In this document: positions 53,505-64,000 of the stretch, one piece after another
Numbering within the stretch: the stretch's first letter is position 1
Layout of the letters: the number at the start of each line of letters is the position of its first letter
Source of the DNA: Phaeosaccion multiseriatum
Taxonomy: Eukaryota; Protista; Ochrophyta, other classes
NCBI GenBank assembly: GCA_965112735.1
Contig: OZ218960.1
Span: 1,116,001 to 1,180,000, forward strand
Direction: 5' to 3'
DNA length: 64,000 nt
Translations under genes and position numbers: made by a program
Notes under the pieces: model-generated
What the model saw: the letters and a program-made list of their open reading frames with translations, nothing else
Told to the model about the DNA's origin: nothing
Database searches by the model: none

Positions 53505-55442
53505 ATGCCGCAAGTGATGAAGCCCTCCTCGCTGCGGCGAGGAGAGGTGATGGTGGGGCCGGAGCTTGGTCACATCATCACCGAGTCGTATGAGGGGGGA
53601 CGGGACGAGAAGGGCTGCTTCAGCGGAGAGGGCAGTGCCGTGTTTAGGTCCGGCAACGTTTACGAGGGGTCCTTTCGCCGGGGTATGATGCACGGCAAGG
53701 GGAGGTACGAGTGGAAGGATCTGAACATGGTCTACACGGGAGACTTTTACAATAATGCCCTGACGGGGGAGGGGGAGTATCGCTGGGCAGACGGCAGCAG
53801 CTACAAGGGCAGGGTACAGGCGGGCCTGCGAGACGGGCATGGAACCTTCACGGACAGCACGGGGGTGACAGTGTACGAAGGGGAGTGGAAGGAGGGGCAG
53901 CGGCACGGGGAGGGCCGACAGTCCTACACGTCCGCGGACTGCGACTTCCCGAGCTATTACGAGGGCGGATGGCGGGCCAACCGGCGGGAAGGGAAGGGCC
54001 TGATGGTGTACACGTCAGGGAACCGCTACGAGGGGGAGTGGCGAGCTGACCGTAAGACTGGTCGAGGCACAATGATGTGGCTCGATAGGAACGAGCGCTA
54101 TATTGGAGAGTGGAAGGCCGATCTGCAGGAAGGGTATGGCGAGCACGCCTGGCTCGAGGAGAAGCCGGAGACCAGAACGACTGTGGATACACAGAAGCAA
54201 ATGTGTAACGTCTTTCGCGGACAGTGGGTTGGTGGTCTGCGACAGGGCCATGGCGACTTTTACTATGCAAACGGGGCTAGGTACAGCGGAGAGTGGGACA
54301 AGAACAGGAAGCATGGGCAGGCCACGTTCATATTTGAAGACGGGAGGGTGTTTCGGGGAAGATTCGAGGACGATCGCATGACGCCGGGCCGGCAAGCCCC
54401 AGGAGCCGGCGCAGGGGACTCAGCGGGTACTACTAGCAAGGGTACCCCACCGCTGGGACATAGCTCTGGAGCGAGAGGAGGAAGCGGTGGTATGGGATCG
54501 GCATCAGCAGCCGCATCATCAGCACCAGCAGGAGCAGCCGCCCCTCTGCATGGAGGAAGCACAATCAGTCCTGCCGCCGCCGCCGCCGCTGCCGCCTCTG
54601 CCCCCCCTGCCCCAGAGCTACCTGTCGCCATCAAGCTGCGCGTGGTGGACCTACTGCCGCAGGGGCAGGTCGAGGCGTCAAGGAACAAGGCCATGCACGG
54701 ACTGGAGCGGGCCGTGTTGCAGGTCAACAGTGACCTCCGCGCCATGTTCCGGCACTACACACGCACCACCACCCACCTCAGCGACAGCACCATGTTCACG
54801 ATGAGTACAGAGCTCTTCCTCGCCTTTGCAAGGGATTCGGGCTCGCTCCTTCCCTTCACGGACGTTACACCCGCCGAGCTCTTGCGGTGCCTCCACCGCA
54901 TGCGGCGACAACATGCCCTTGCCCTCGTCACTGCTCAACAGAGTGGTGCAGGAGCAGGAGGAGATGGGGCAGGCATGGTCTCTTCCTCCTCCTCCTCCTC
55001 CTCCTGCTTCTCCAGCGGTAACCAGGAGCAGGACTGGGCCTCGTTTGTGTCTCACATGCCGCCTGACGAGGATGATCCTGACATGAACCAGGAGCAGCAG
55101 GGTCAGGGTCAGGGTCAGGGTCAGGGTCAAGGCCATGGAATGATGGTCATAGGCGGCAGCTCTCGAAGGGCTGGTCAGGAGGGAGTAGGGGGTGCTGGAG
55201 GAGGAGGAGGAGGAGGAGGAGGAGGAGGAGGAGGAGGAGGAGGAGGAGGAGGAGGAGGAGGAGGAGGAGGAGGAGGAGGAGGAGGAGGAGGAGGAGGAGG
55301 AGGAGGGGTTTACGACGGGGCCCGACCGCTTCTCTTTAGAGAGTTCGCCGAAGGTATTGTGCGCCTGGCCAATCTTGCGCGGCCTAGCCCTCAGCAAGAG
55401 GAGCAGCAGCTGTTGGTAGAGGAGGAAGAGAAGGGAGGGGGA

Positions 55443-55473
<31 letters not shown>

Positions 55474-55983
55474 GAGGGGAGGTAGGAGGAGCCGGAGCAG
55501 GGGGGGCAGGAGGAGCAGGGGGGGGAGGTGGAGCAGGAGCAGGAGGCGCACCAACAGCACAAGCAGCAGCAGCAGCAGCAGCAGCAGACATATCACCGAG
55601 GGGAGGAAAGGTGGTGGCCGGAAGTGGGGGTGCTGAGGGTGGTGGTGGTCCTGGTGGTGCGCTCCCTGGCGGCGGAGACCGAAGGAAGGAGACAGTGTTA
55701 TCCCTCGAGGAGGCATTCAAGGCGTTTTGGGCGAAGCACGTGGTCCCAAACGGGCCTCGGCTCGGCATTATACCGGTGGGGGGTAGCAGGGGTGCAGGAG
55801 GGCCCCGGGGGGGAGGGAACAACCCGAGGGGGCTGACGCTGTCGTCGCCGATTGTTTCCGCCACCATGTGCGCGGCAACGAAGCAGCTGGAGGCTGATCT
55901 TCGGTTGGTGGAGCCCCTCTACGTCAAGCTCGCACGGCAGGGCAGCACGGGACCTAGTACACCACCATGTGCAGCAATTGGTG

Positions 55984-56016
<33 letters not shown>

Positions 56017-56381
56017 GCGGAAGAGAAGCAGGAGCTGCCTATCAGACGCCCATCTCGCTCCGGAAACTGCTCCTCTCCTTGCGCAGCTGCGGCGTAACGT
56101 CCACCAAGGCCCAAACGCGTTTCGCCTCCGCCTCCGCCCCAGGGGGGCTCTCCACCAAGCGCATCCGCCAACTGTACGCACGGGCCGTGCTGGGCAGTGC
56201 GGAGCATGGCAACAGCCTGCATTTGTTGGAGTGCGAACTGCTGCTGAAGGACGTCGTCTTGACCTTGAGAGAGGTTGCCGAGGAGATTGCCGTAGGGGAG
56301 CAGGCGCAGCGAAGGGTGCTGACCAAGGCGGCCAAGGATGCAGAGGAGACGGCCGAGAGGGCGGCTGCGAAGGCTGAAGCA

Positions 56382-56415
<34 letters not shown>

Positions 56416-57029
56416 CGGCAGCAGAGGGGGAGAAGAAGGAGGAGGAGAAGGAGGGGGGGGAGGAAAAGGAGGAGCAAGGGTCTGGGTGCAAAGGTGGCAC
56501 CACAGGCAGGAGTGGCGGGCGTGGCTCCTTGGCAGGAGGAGGAGCAGGAGCCAAGGGGGGCAAGGGCGGCAAGGTCAGTGGGGGAAGCAACTCAGATGCA
56601 TCCAGCAAGAGGAGGGGCAGCAAGGCCCGTCCGAGTGAGGTGGCGCCTGAGGCTGAGGAGAGCGGGGCGGGCGACGAAGAAGACGCGCAGATTGACCCCC
56701 GGGAGGCGACTGCTCGGGAGGCAGAACGCACCGCTACCCTTGCTCAAAGTGCGACTGCTGCTCTGGACGCGGCGGTGGAGGGTGAACTGGGCACGCTGCC
56801 CGCGTTGGTCAAGGCTTTGCTGCTCGTCGTGGGAGGAGGGAGAGGAGGAGGGCAGCAGCAGGGGGCGGAGGCGGGGAGGGAGAGCGAGTCTTCTTCTCGG
56901 GGAAAGGATGGGGAGACTCGCGGCGGTGGCGGCGGTGATTTCGGTCGTGGAGGGGATGGCAGTGGATGGGATGGCAGCGGAGGGCTTATCCGACGTGCGC
57001 CCCCGCGGATACGCCCTGTGCTGCAGTGA
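53505..57029 (+). CDS. MORN-repeat protein, radial spoke head 10 homolog B-like; single exon
   Basis: About 10 MORN repeats (YEGEW..G.RHG.G), followed by helical segments (LFREFAEGIVRLA) in an uninterrupted ORF. Confidence 0.8.
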
Positions 57030-58040
57030 TTGAGTGATTTGGTGTACGAGTTGGTGGTCCACGGGGGGCAGCCGTGTCGACGACGTGAACGGGACTTGTT
57101 GCATGTAGCCGAGCTTCCTTGTCGACCGAGCGAGACAGAACGACAGAACAGTCGACCGACAGTCGCATGCGGGCCAAGCCCAAGCGTGCCCGGCTGTGTG
57201 TTGATGTTTAGTTCCTTGTGCGCTCTCTCTTTCAATCTCGAAGCTGCTGCTGTTGTTGTTGTTGTTGATAGGCCCTCTGTGAGCCCTCTCTCTCTTCCAT
57301 AAAAAAGTGTCTTGCTTCCATCTAAAGGAATAAAGGAGGGGTCGAAGGGGGATCGACCGACGGAATGAAAGGAATAAAAAGGAACGGAATGATAAGCGGG
57401 ATCACCAGGAGCGATTCATAATTAATAATAAATTCAAAATATGATCAAGGCCCCTCCTTCCCTTCTTAAGAGGTCCTTTGAAGAGAGATCGGTTTCCGAG
57501 CCTCGACTTTTCGGCAGGGTGGGTATCGTACTTACCATACCCAACACACTCCCCGGAGTCGAGGAGGTCACCACAGTCATGTGGAAGTGCGGCCACAAGC
57601 TCCACAGACACAGACCCCAACGTGTAATGGTGGGGACTTTTTTTTCCTTCTCCCCCCTATCTGGAGCCTGAGCTATCCCCTGAAGGTGGAGCCTGATAGC
57701 TGTCTCCTCAGTTCTACCATCCGCTTTTTATACTTGTAATATCCTTTTGGCTTGTGCATTGTGCTTTGCTTTGCTTTATTTGTGGGTCTTCGCGATGGGT
57801 CTGGTGGTCTGGTCGAGTCTGGGGTCCCTCTCACAAGACCCCACTTAGGCCCAATCAGAGCACGACCCCCTTGGGTCGGGACGGCCCTGTCTCTGGCACC
57901 ATCAAAAAATCCGCCTTTAAAGAGCCCCATATTAACTCACTCATTTCAAAGCCTGTGGCCGTCCTGCCAAGACGGGATGATGAACTAAGGATGAAGGCTA
58001 CTCTGGTATATTAACTGCACGACTGAGCGTTGCTCGAGCT

Positions 58041-61000
58041 ATGCGCTTTGGACAACCCCAGCAGCAGCAATCCTTCGGGCCAGATCGAGGGGGGGATGGA
58101 GAGGGAGAGACACCCAAGTCAATAGGGGCAGGGACTGGGGCAGGAGCCGCGTCTGCGTCGGGTGAACCCTCCTCCCTCTCCCCGGAGGACGTGGTGGCTC
58201 CTCTGCCTAATGATGGTGAATACTCGGGCTTCAGAGGCGTGGGTGAAATGGGTGGCTTCAGAAGGGAAGGGCTGAATGGAGCAGCCGACGTGGGGATTTC
58301 CTTACAGAGGGCCAGCTCTGCGCCTCCCGTGTCAGACAAGGTGCGTCTCGTCGAGCTCCAGAGCTCTTACCGGCGTATGTAGTGGCCTTGGTCCATCAGC
58401 TTTCATCGAGAAGGGGAGCACCTCTTCTGAGTAATCCAGAGCCCTTTCCATTTCATTATCCCCTCTCTCTCTCTCGCCGTCTTGTAGGCTCTTGTCCATA
58501 TGATATCAGTGTCGGCGTCTACCCTTTCTCTTTTCTCGCTTGTGATCTTGATAGCAATCTTCATACCCTCACATCCTTGCTGGTTCTATCCCCACCCTGG
58601 CCCACCTTTCTGTGGCTTCCCTCGCCCGCCTCTCCCTGCCTCTTTTCCCCTCATCCCCTTCCCCATCAATGGTGTCAATGGGTCTACTCCTCCTCTCTAC
58701 TCTCTACCCCACAATTCTTTCCCTTAAAGATCTCAGATGGCTTTGCAGCAGGGAGAGCTGGAGGAGGGGGAGCAACAGCAGGAGGAGGGGGGCCAGCAGG
58801 CGAGGGCTCCGAGAATCCCTACTACATGTACTACTACAATGCGCCCCTTAGCCTCAACCCTCGCCCTCGGGCGGATGGCGATGAGGCGCTCAATGGCACC
58901 ACCGTCCGAGGCGCGCCGGTGCCGCTACGAGGAGGCAGACAGACGCTGACGGACTTGGGCGTGGGTGACCTCGCGACGAGCAGCAGGGGTGGGGAAGGAA
59001 GTAGTGAGGGTATGCCCGGGGTGGGGGTTGAGGCCCTCTACGCTGGAGCAGGAGGAGCAGGAGCAGCAGGAGGAGCAGAGGAGGGATCGGGCGTGCCTCC
59101 GCCCGGTAGTGGGGCTGGACGGGCGGTAGGGCAACGACCGAAGAGCCTCGTGCAGCACCTCATTCAGGACGACAGCGACGGTCTACCGCTGCAGCAACAG
59201 CAACAGCAACAGCAAGGAGGGGCGGCGGCGCCTGTTGCGGACAGTCATCGCAGCCTCAGCCCCCGGCCTACCTATGGGGAGGAGAGGCAGCATCAGCAGC
59301 AGCAGCAGCAGCAGCAGCATCTGAGACAACAGAAGCTGTTGCTGCAGCAGCAATATGAGCAGCAGCAGCAGTGGCAGTGGGCGCAAGACGGCGCGGGAGG
59401 GGGGGGGGGAAGGGCAGCAGCGGGGGGAAGGGCGGCAGCGGGAGGAGGAGGAGGAGGAGGAGTAGAAATGCTCGAAAACAGTCTGCAGGGCTTGAGCATA
59501 GCATCCTCGGATCTCATGGCGGGTGGTGGTCGGGGACAGCAGCAGCAATACATGGGCGGGCCGAGTCGGTACCATTCAACAGGGGCAGGCAGCGGTAGCA
59601 GCCAGTTCTCCTCGCAAGACATTAGATCGTCGGCGGGGGGGATGGGGCAGCAGGATGTTGGGGGCGCTGCGCTGCGGGGAGGTGGAGGCATACGGGCAGA
59701 CACGAGGGGTGGAGGGGGGCTAGGAGGAGGCTTGTCGGCGAGGCAACAACAGCAGCTGTATGTACAGCAGCAGGTCAATAGTCAGCACCTCCTGCAGCAG
59801 CAGCAGCTCTTGGACCCCAGGCTGGACCTGCAGAGAGAAGCGCGCCTGCAGCAGCGGTACGTCGCGTGCAATAGAAGCAGGAACGAAGGAAGGAAGGATG
59901 GGAGGATTGTAGGAGAGAGTGTGAGAAGAAGAGGATCAGTCGCACTGTTTCGCCGCTCACATCTCCCCCTCCTCACGTTCCCCTGCCTGTATGCCTGCTG
60001 TGTCCTTTTGTTCTCTTGCCTGCTGCGCGTGTGTTGTGCGTGCACTGTACTTGTACTTGTACTGATACTTGGGCTTGTGCCTGGTCATGCGCGCTTTGTG
60101 TCTTGGGCCACACAGGGACGGCTACTATGGTACGGGTGTGGGGGGGGCGGGCGGAGGCCATCTTGTCGACCACCAGGACTCTTTGCTGCTGCCCCACGGA
60201 GGCCACAATAGCCTGAGGGGCGAGCCGCAGCATCATGCCCAGGCCCTACAACAGCAGCAGCACAATAGTAGGGGCGGGGGAGGAGGAGGAGGAGGAGGAG
60301 GAGGAGGAGGAAGCGCGTATTCTTCCGAGTCGCACAGGTGGGTCAGGTCGGGCAAAGGGAGGACAGAGTAATCAGTCGGTCGGCCCTTCTTCCTACCCAG
60401 CACAGGGAGGAGATGGAGGGAGGGTGAGAGGAAGGAAGGAAGGAAGGAAGGAAGGAAGGGAGGGAGGAAGGAAGGGAGGGAGGGATCGGCTCTGGGCCGC
60501 CCACAAATTCTGATTTCCGTTCCGGTGTCCTCACCCTCCTTGCCCCCATCTCCTCCGCCCTCCCCTGCTCCTCCTTCGATTACTTTGTGTGTGTTGCTGA
60601 CTCTGAACAACCAACAGCCTTGGTCGTCGACAACTGCACGGTCAGGCAGACCTCATTCCGGTGGTGCCTGTCAGCGGCAGAAACGCCTTGGCCATGATGT
60701 ACCCCCCGGGGGGCGAGCAGGGGCAGGGGCAAGGACCGCGGGTGCACATGGTTCGAGACCAGAACGGCAACGAGCAGTACTATATGCAGGCTAGCCACGT
60801 GTTTAGCAACAGCGGAGGGGGGGGAGGAGGAGGAGGAGGAGGGCATCACAACTTGGACGATGGACCAGGGGGAGGAGGGGGAATGGGCGGTATGGACTCG
60901 TATCTTCGCTCTGGGGGAGGAGGGGGAGGAGGAGGAGGAGGAGGAGGAGGAGGAGGAGGGCCGCACAGAGACTATCACAACAAGTTCAAGGACCGGGATG

Positions 61001-61647
61001 GGAGGGGAGGAGGAGGAGGAGGTGGGCGTGATCGAGGAGGGATGGGGGGCCACGGCGGAAGGGGCGGCCACTACGGGAGAGGCGGCGGGGGCGGAGGGGG
61101 AGGAGGAGGAGGAGGAGGAGGCGGAGGAGGAGGAGGAGGAGGGCTATTAGAGGAGTTCCGAAGCAGCATTGGGAAGGGCAAGAAGTGGGAGCTGTCAGAC
61201 CTACAGGGACACATTCTGCAGTTCTGCAGGGACCAGCACGGCAGCAGGTTCATCCAGCAGAAGCTCGAGGTTGCTGTCCACAGGTACGCCAGTTGTTGGG
61301 GCTGTTGTTGTTGTTGTTGTTGTTGTTGCTGTGGGTGAGTGTGTAAGTGCGTGCGCGCGTGCGTTGCTTGCTTCTGTTTCTGTGCGCTCTTGGTTCCTGC
61401 TTTTCTTTTTGTTGCTTGTTTTTGTTGTTTGACCCCGTAGTCAGTACGGTTGGCTGGACCCTCTGACGATCCTTACCAACCACACTCTCTCACTCCCCAC
61501 CCCCCCTCTCTCTCTTTCTGTCTCCCTCCCCCTCTCTCTCGCGTCACGCTGGCTCAACCCTGAACTTTCCACCAAACAAAAACCACAACTTTAACACCAC
61601 GACCACACCAACCACACAACAACCACACAACAACAATGACAACAACG

Positions 61648-61713
<66 letters not shown>

Positions 61714-63936
61714 CAACAACAGTGAGAAAGTCATGTTCTTCGAAGAAGTACTCCCTCACGCCCAGTCGCTCATGACCGATGTGTTTGGCAATTACGTCAT
61801 CCAAAAGCTGTTCGACCATGGCGACCCCGAGCAGCGAGAGAGCCTTGCTTCTTTCCTCGTAGGGCATGCGGTGGAGCTGTCGCTGCAAATGTACGGCTGC
61901 CGAGTGGTGCAGAAGGCGCTGGAGTTTGCTTCCCTTCACACCCTCATAGCGCTGGTGAGCGAGTTCTCCGGCCAGGTGATGCATTGTGTACAGGACCAAA
62001 ACGGTAATCACGTGATTCAAAAGTGCATCGAAGTGGTGAGCACCACGGCCAAGACGGAGGGGCCGTATCTCCACTCGCACATACAGGTACGGGTGTTGGT
62101 GATTCAGGGGATGCAGGGCTGGGCTGGGGTGGGATGGGTAGAGGTGGGTACTGTTACTGTTTATTGCTGCTCCTCTCCCTCGCCTCCTCTCTCTCTCTCA
62201 CCTGCTCCCTCCCTCCTTCCCCCTCCCTCCCTCCTACCACTACCATTGACCGACCCTAACCACAACCACCCCGCACCCACACGACAACCACAACCACAAC
62301 CAAAACCAAAACCAAAACCACACCGTATCCACAACCGCAACCAAAACCACACCATAACCACACCATAACCACACCATCAGTTCATCATCGACGCCTTTGT
62401 GCACCAAGTGGAGAAGCTGTCGATGCACGCGTATGGGTGCCGCGTCATTCAGCGTATCCTGGAGCACTGCATTGACGAGCAGAAAGACTGCCTGCTCGAC
62501 GAGGTTAAGGCCTCCTTTGGGACGCTCATTCAAGATCAGTATGGGAATTATGTCATTCAGCATGTGCTCAAGCATGGACGGCCGTCGGATAGGTGAGAGG
62601 GAGGGGAAGGGAGGGGAGGGGAGAAAGGGAGAGAGAGGGGAGGGATAGGGAGGGATGGAGGGAGAGAGGGGGACGGAGGGAGAGAGGGGGACGGAGGGAG
62701 AGGGAGGGATGGAGGGAGAGAGGGGGACGGAGGGAGAGAGGGGGACGGAGGGAGAGAGGGGGACGGAGGGAGAGGGAGGGATGGAGGGAGAGGGGGGGAC
62801 GGAGGGAGAGGGAGGGAGGGAGGGGGGGGGGGACGAACGGAGGGAGGGAGGGAGGGAGGGAGGGAGGGAGAGCCTTCTGCGCACCCGCAAGCGTGTCTCT
62901 CTTCCCTCTGCCCTCTGCTCTGCCCACATGCCTGTGCTCTGCCTGTCTGCCCGTGTACAAACATATACATATACCCATACACCTCCAACATGTGCTGGCC
63001 TGCCTCTTGTGTACTCACCCTCCTTGCTCACTCACAGACTGATGCTCATGACGGAGGTGCGCGAGAACCTCTTGTCGTACTCGCAGCACAAGTTCGCCAG
63101 CAACGTGGTGGAGAAGTGCTTGCAGTACGGCACCAGGGAGGAGCGCGGCGTGCTCATCAAACACCTGCTCTTTAGCAACAACGACGGAAACTCTCTCCTG
63201 CAGGTACGTACAGTATACTGATGTGTGTACTGGCGCCATGCTGTTGTCCTGCAGTTGTCCTGCCGTTGTCCTGGTGTGTCTACGTACTGATATATGTGCT
63301 GGTGTAGTGTTGGGTCCCATTCAGCTCGAGCTGACACACACACACACACACACACTTGCACAAGTCTACAACTCTCTCTCTCGCTCTTGCCCTCTGAACC
63401 CTTAACCCTTAACCCCCATCAACTGCCATCCTCCTCTCCCCAGGTCATGGTGTGCGACCCTTACGCCAACTATGTGGTGCAGAAGATCATCGATGTGGCT
63501 GACGCAGAGCAGGTCAGTCAGTCAGTCAGTCAGTCAATCAGTCAGTGAGTCAGTCAGTCAATCAATCGGTCAGGCGGGAAGGCAGCAATACACGCTGGGG
63601 TGGACCATACTGAAGTAGCAGGGGTTGCTGCTGCAATGTCGTGCCCCTGCACTGCACTGCACCTTTTTCATGCTCTTCCTTTTCTCTTCCTCTTCTTTGT
63701 TGGTCTCCGTCTCTTACGCTTCTTTATCTCTTATTAACGCCCTCCCTCTTCCTCCTCTACTTGCGTTCTTTTTCTTTCTTCCATCGATCACCCGCTCGCC
63801 CACCCGCCTGCCTGCCTGCCTGCAGAGAGACACCATCATTGAAGAAATCCGCACCCACGCGCATCAACTCAAGCGTTACACCTTTGGAAAGCACATCATC
63901 TCCCGTCTTGAGAAGATCTCTGGCAAGAAGGTGTAA
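58041..63936 (+). CDS. Pumilio (PUF) RNA-binding protein with a long low-complexity N-terminus, multi-exon
   Basis: All eight PUF repeats: [84 protein letters not shown] and [12 protein letters not shown]. Confidence 0.95.
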
Positions 63937-64000
63937 GGAGAGGAGAGAGAACCAAGGAGTGGAGGAGTGAGTGAGTGCATTGCGATAGAGCGTCCGGCGT

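Noticed and set aside
63398-63416. (AACCCTT)-type telomere-like repeat
   Set aside because: Only 2-3 units, inside a Pumilio intron.

Overview
Eukaryotic nuclear DNA: GC-rich and intron-rich, with microsatellite-laden introns and long poly-Gly/Gln/Ser/Glu tracts. Bipartite 'signal peptide + AF/SAFVP' presequences and a flagellar radial-spoke-type gene point to a flagellated, plastid-bearing stramenopile (ochrophyte); this taxon call is an inference. Most ORFs in the supplied track are low-complexity artefacts, so I assembled genes by hand from GT-AG junctions. Left to right: large coiled-coil protein with a CLSCxRP motif (QRICH2/DUF4795-like, -, runs off the left edge), NOP16 (+), R2R3-MYB (-), decayed PARP-like pseudogene (-), double HVA22/TB2-DP1 membrane protein (+), frameshifted P-loop ATPase copy A (+), XRCC2-like RAD51 paralog (+), divergent 6-exon histone H3 variant (-), coiled-coil protein (+), DJ-1/PfpI (-), divergent ASF1-fold protein (+), intact P-loop ATPase copy B (-), RRN7/TAF1B (+), SAP18 (-), intronless MORN/RSPH10B-like gene (+) and Pumilio (+). 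Main leads: (1) introns with reverse-complementary microsatellites at their two ends, and acceptors lacking polypyrimidine tracts; (2) a recurring CCATC[C/A]ACTGCCATC element just upstream of 3' splice sites; (3) a ~3 kb inverted duplication bracketing XRCC2, the H3 variant, DJ-1 and the ASF1-like gene; (4) the H3 variant and divergent ASF1 as a possible pair; (5) a probably plastid-targeted STAND-like ATPase with a patch of concentrated divergence between its two copies. No searches were run, so family calls rest on recognised motifs.
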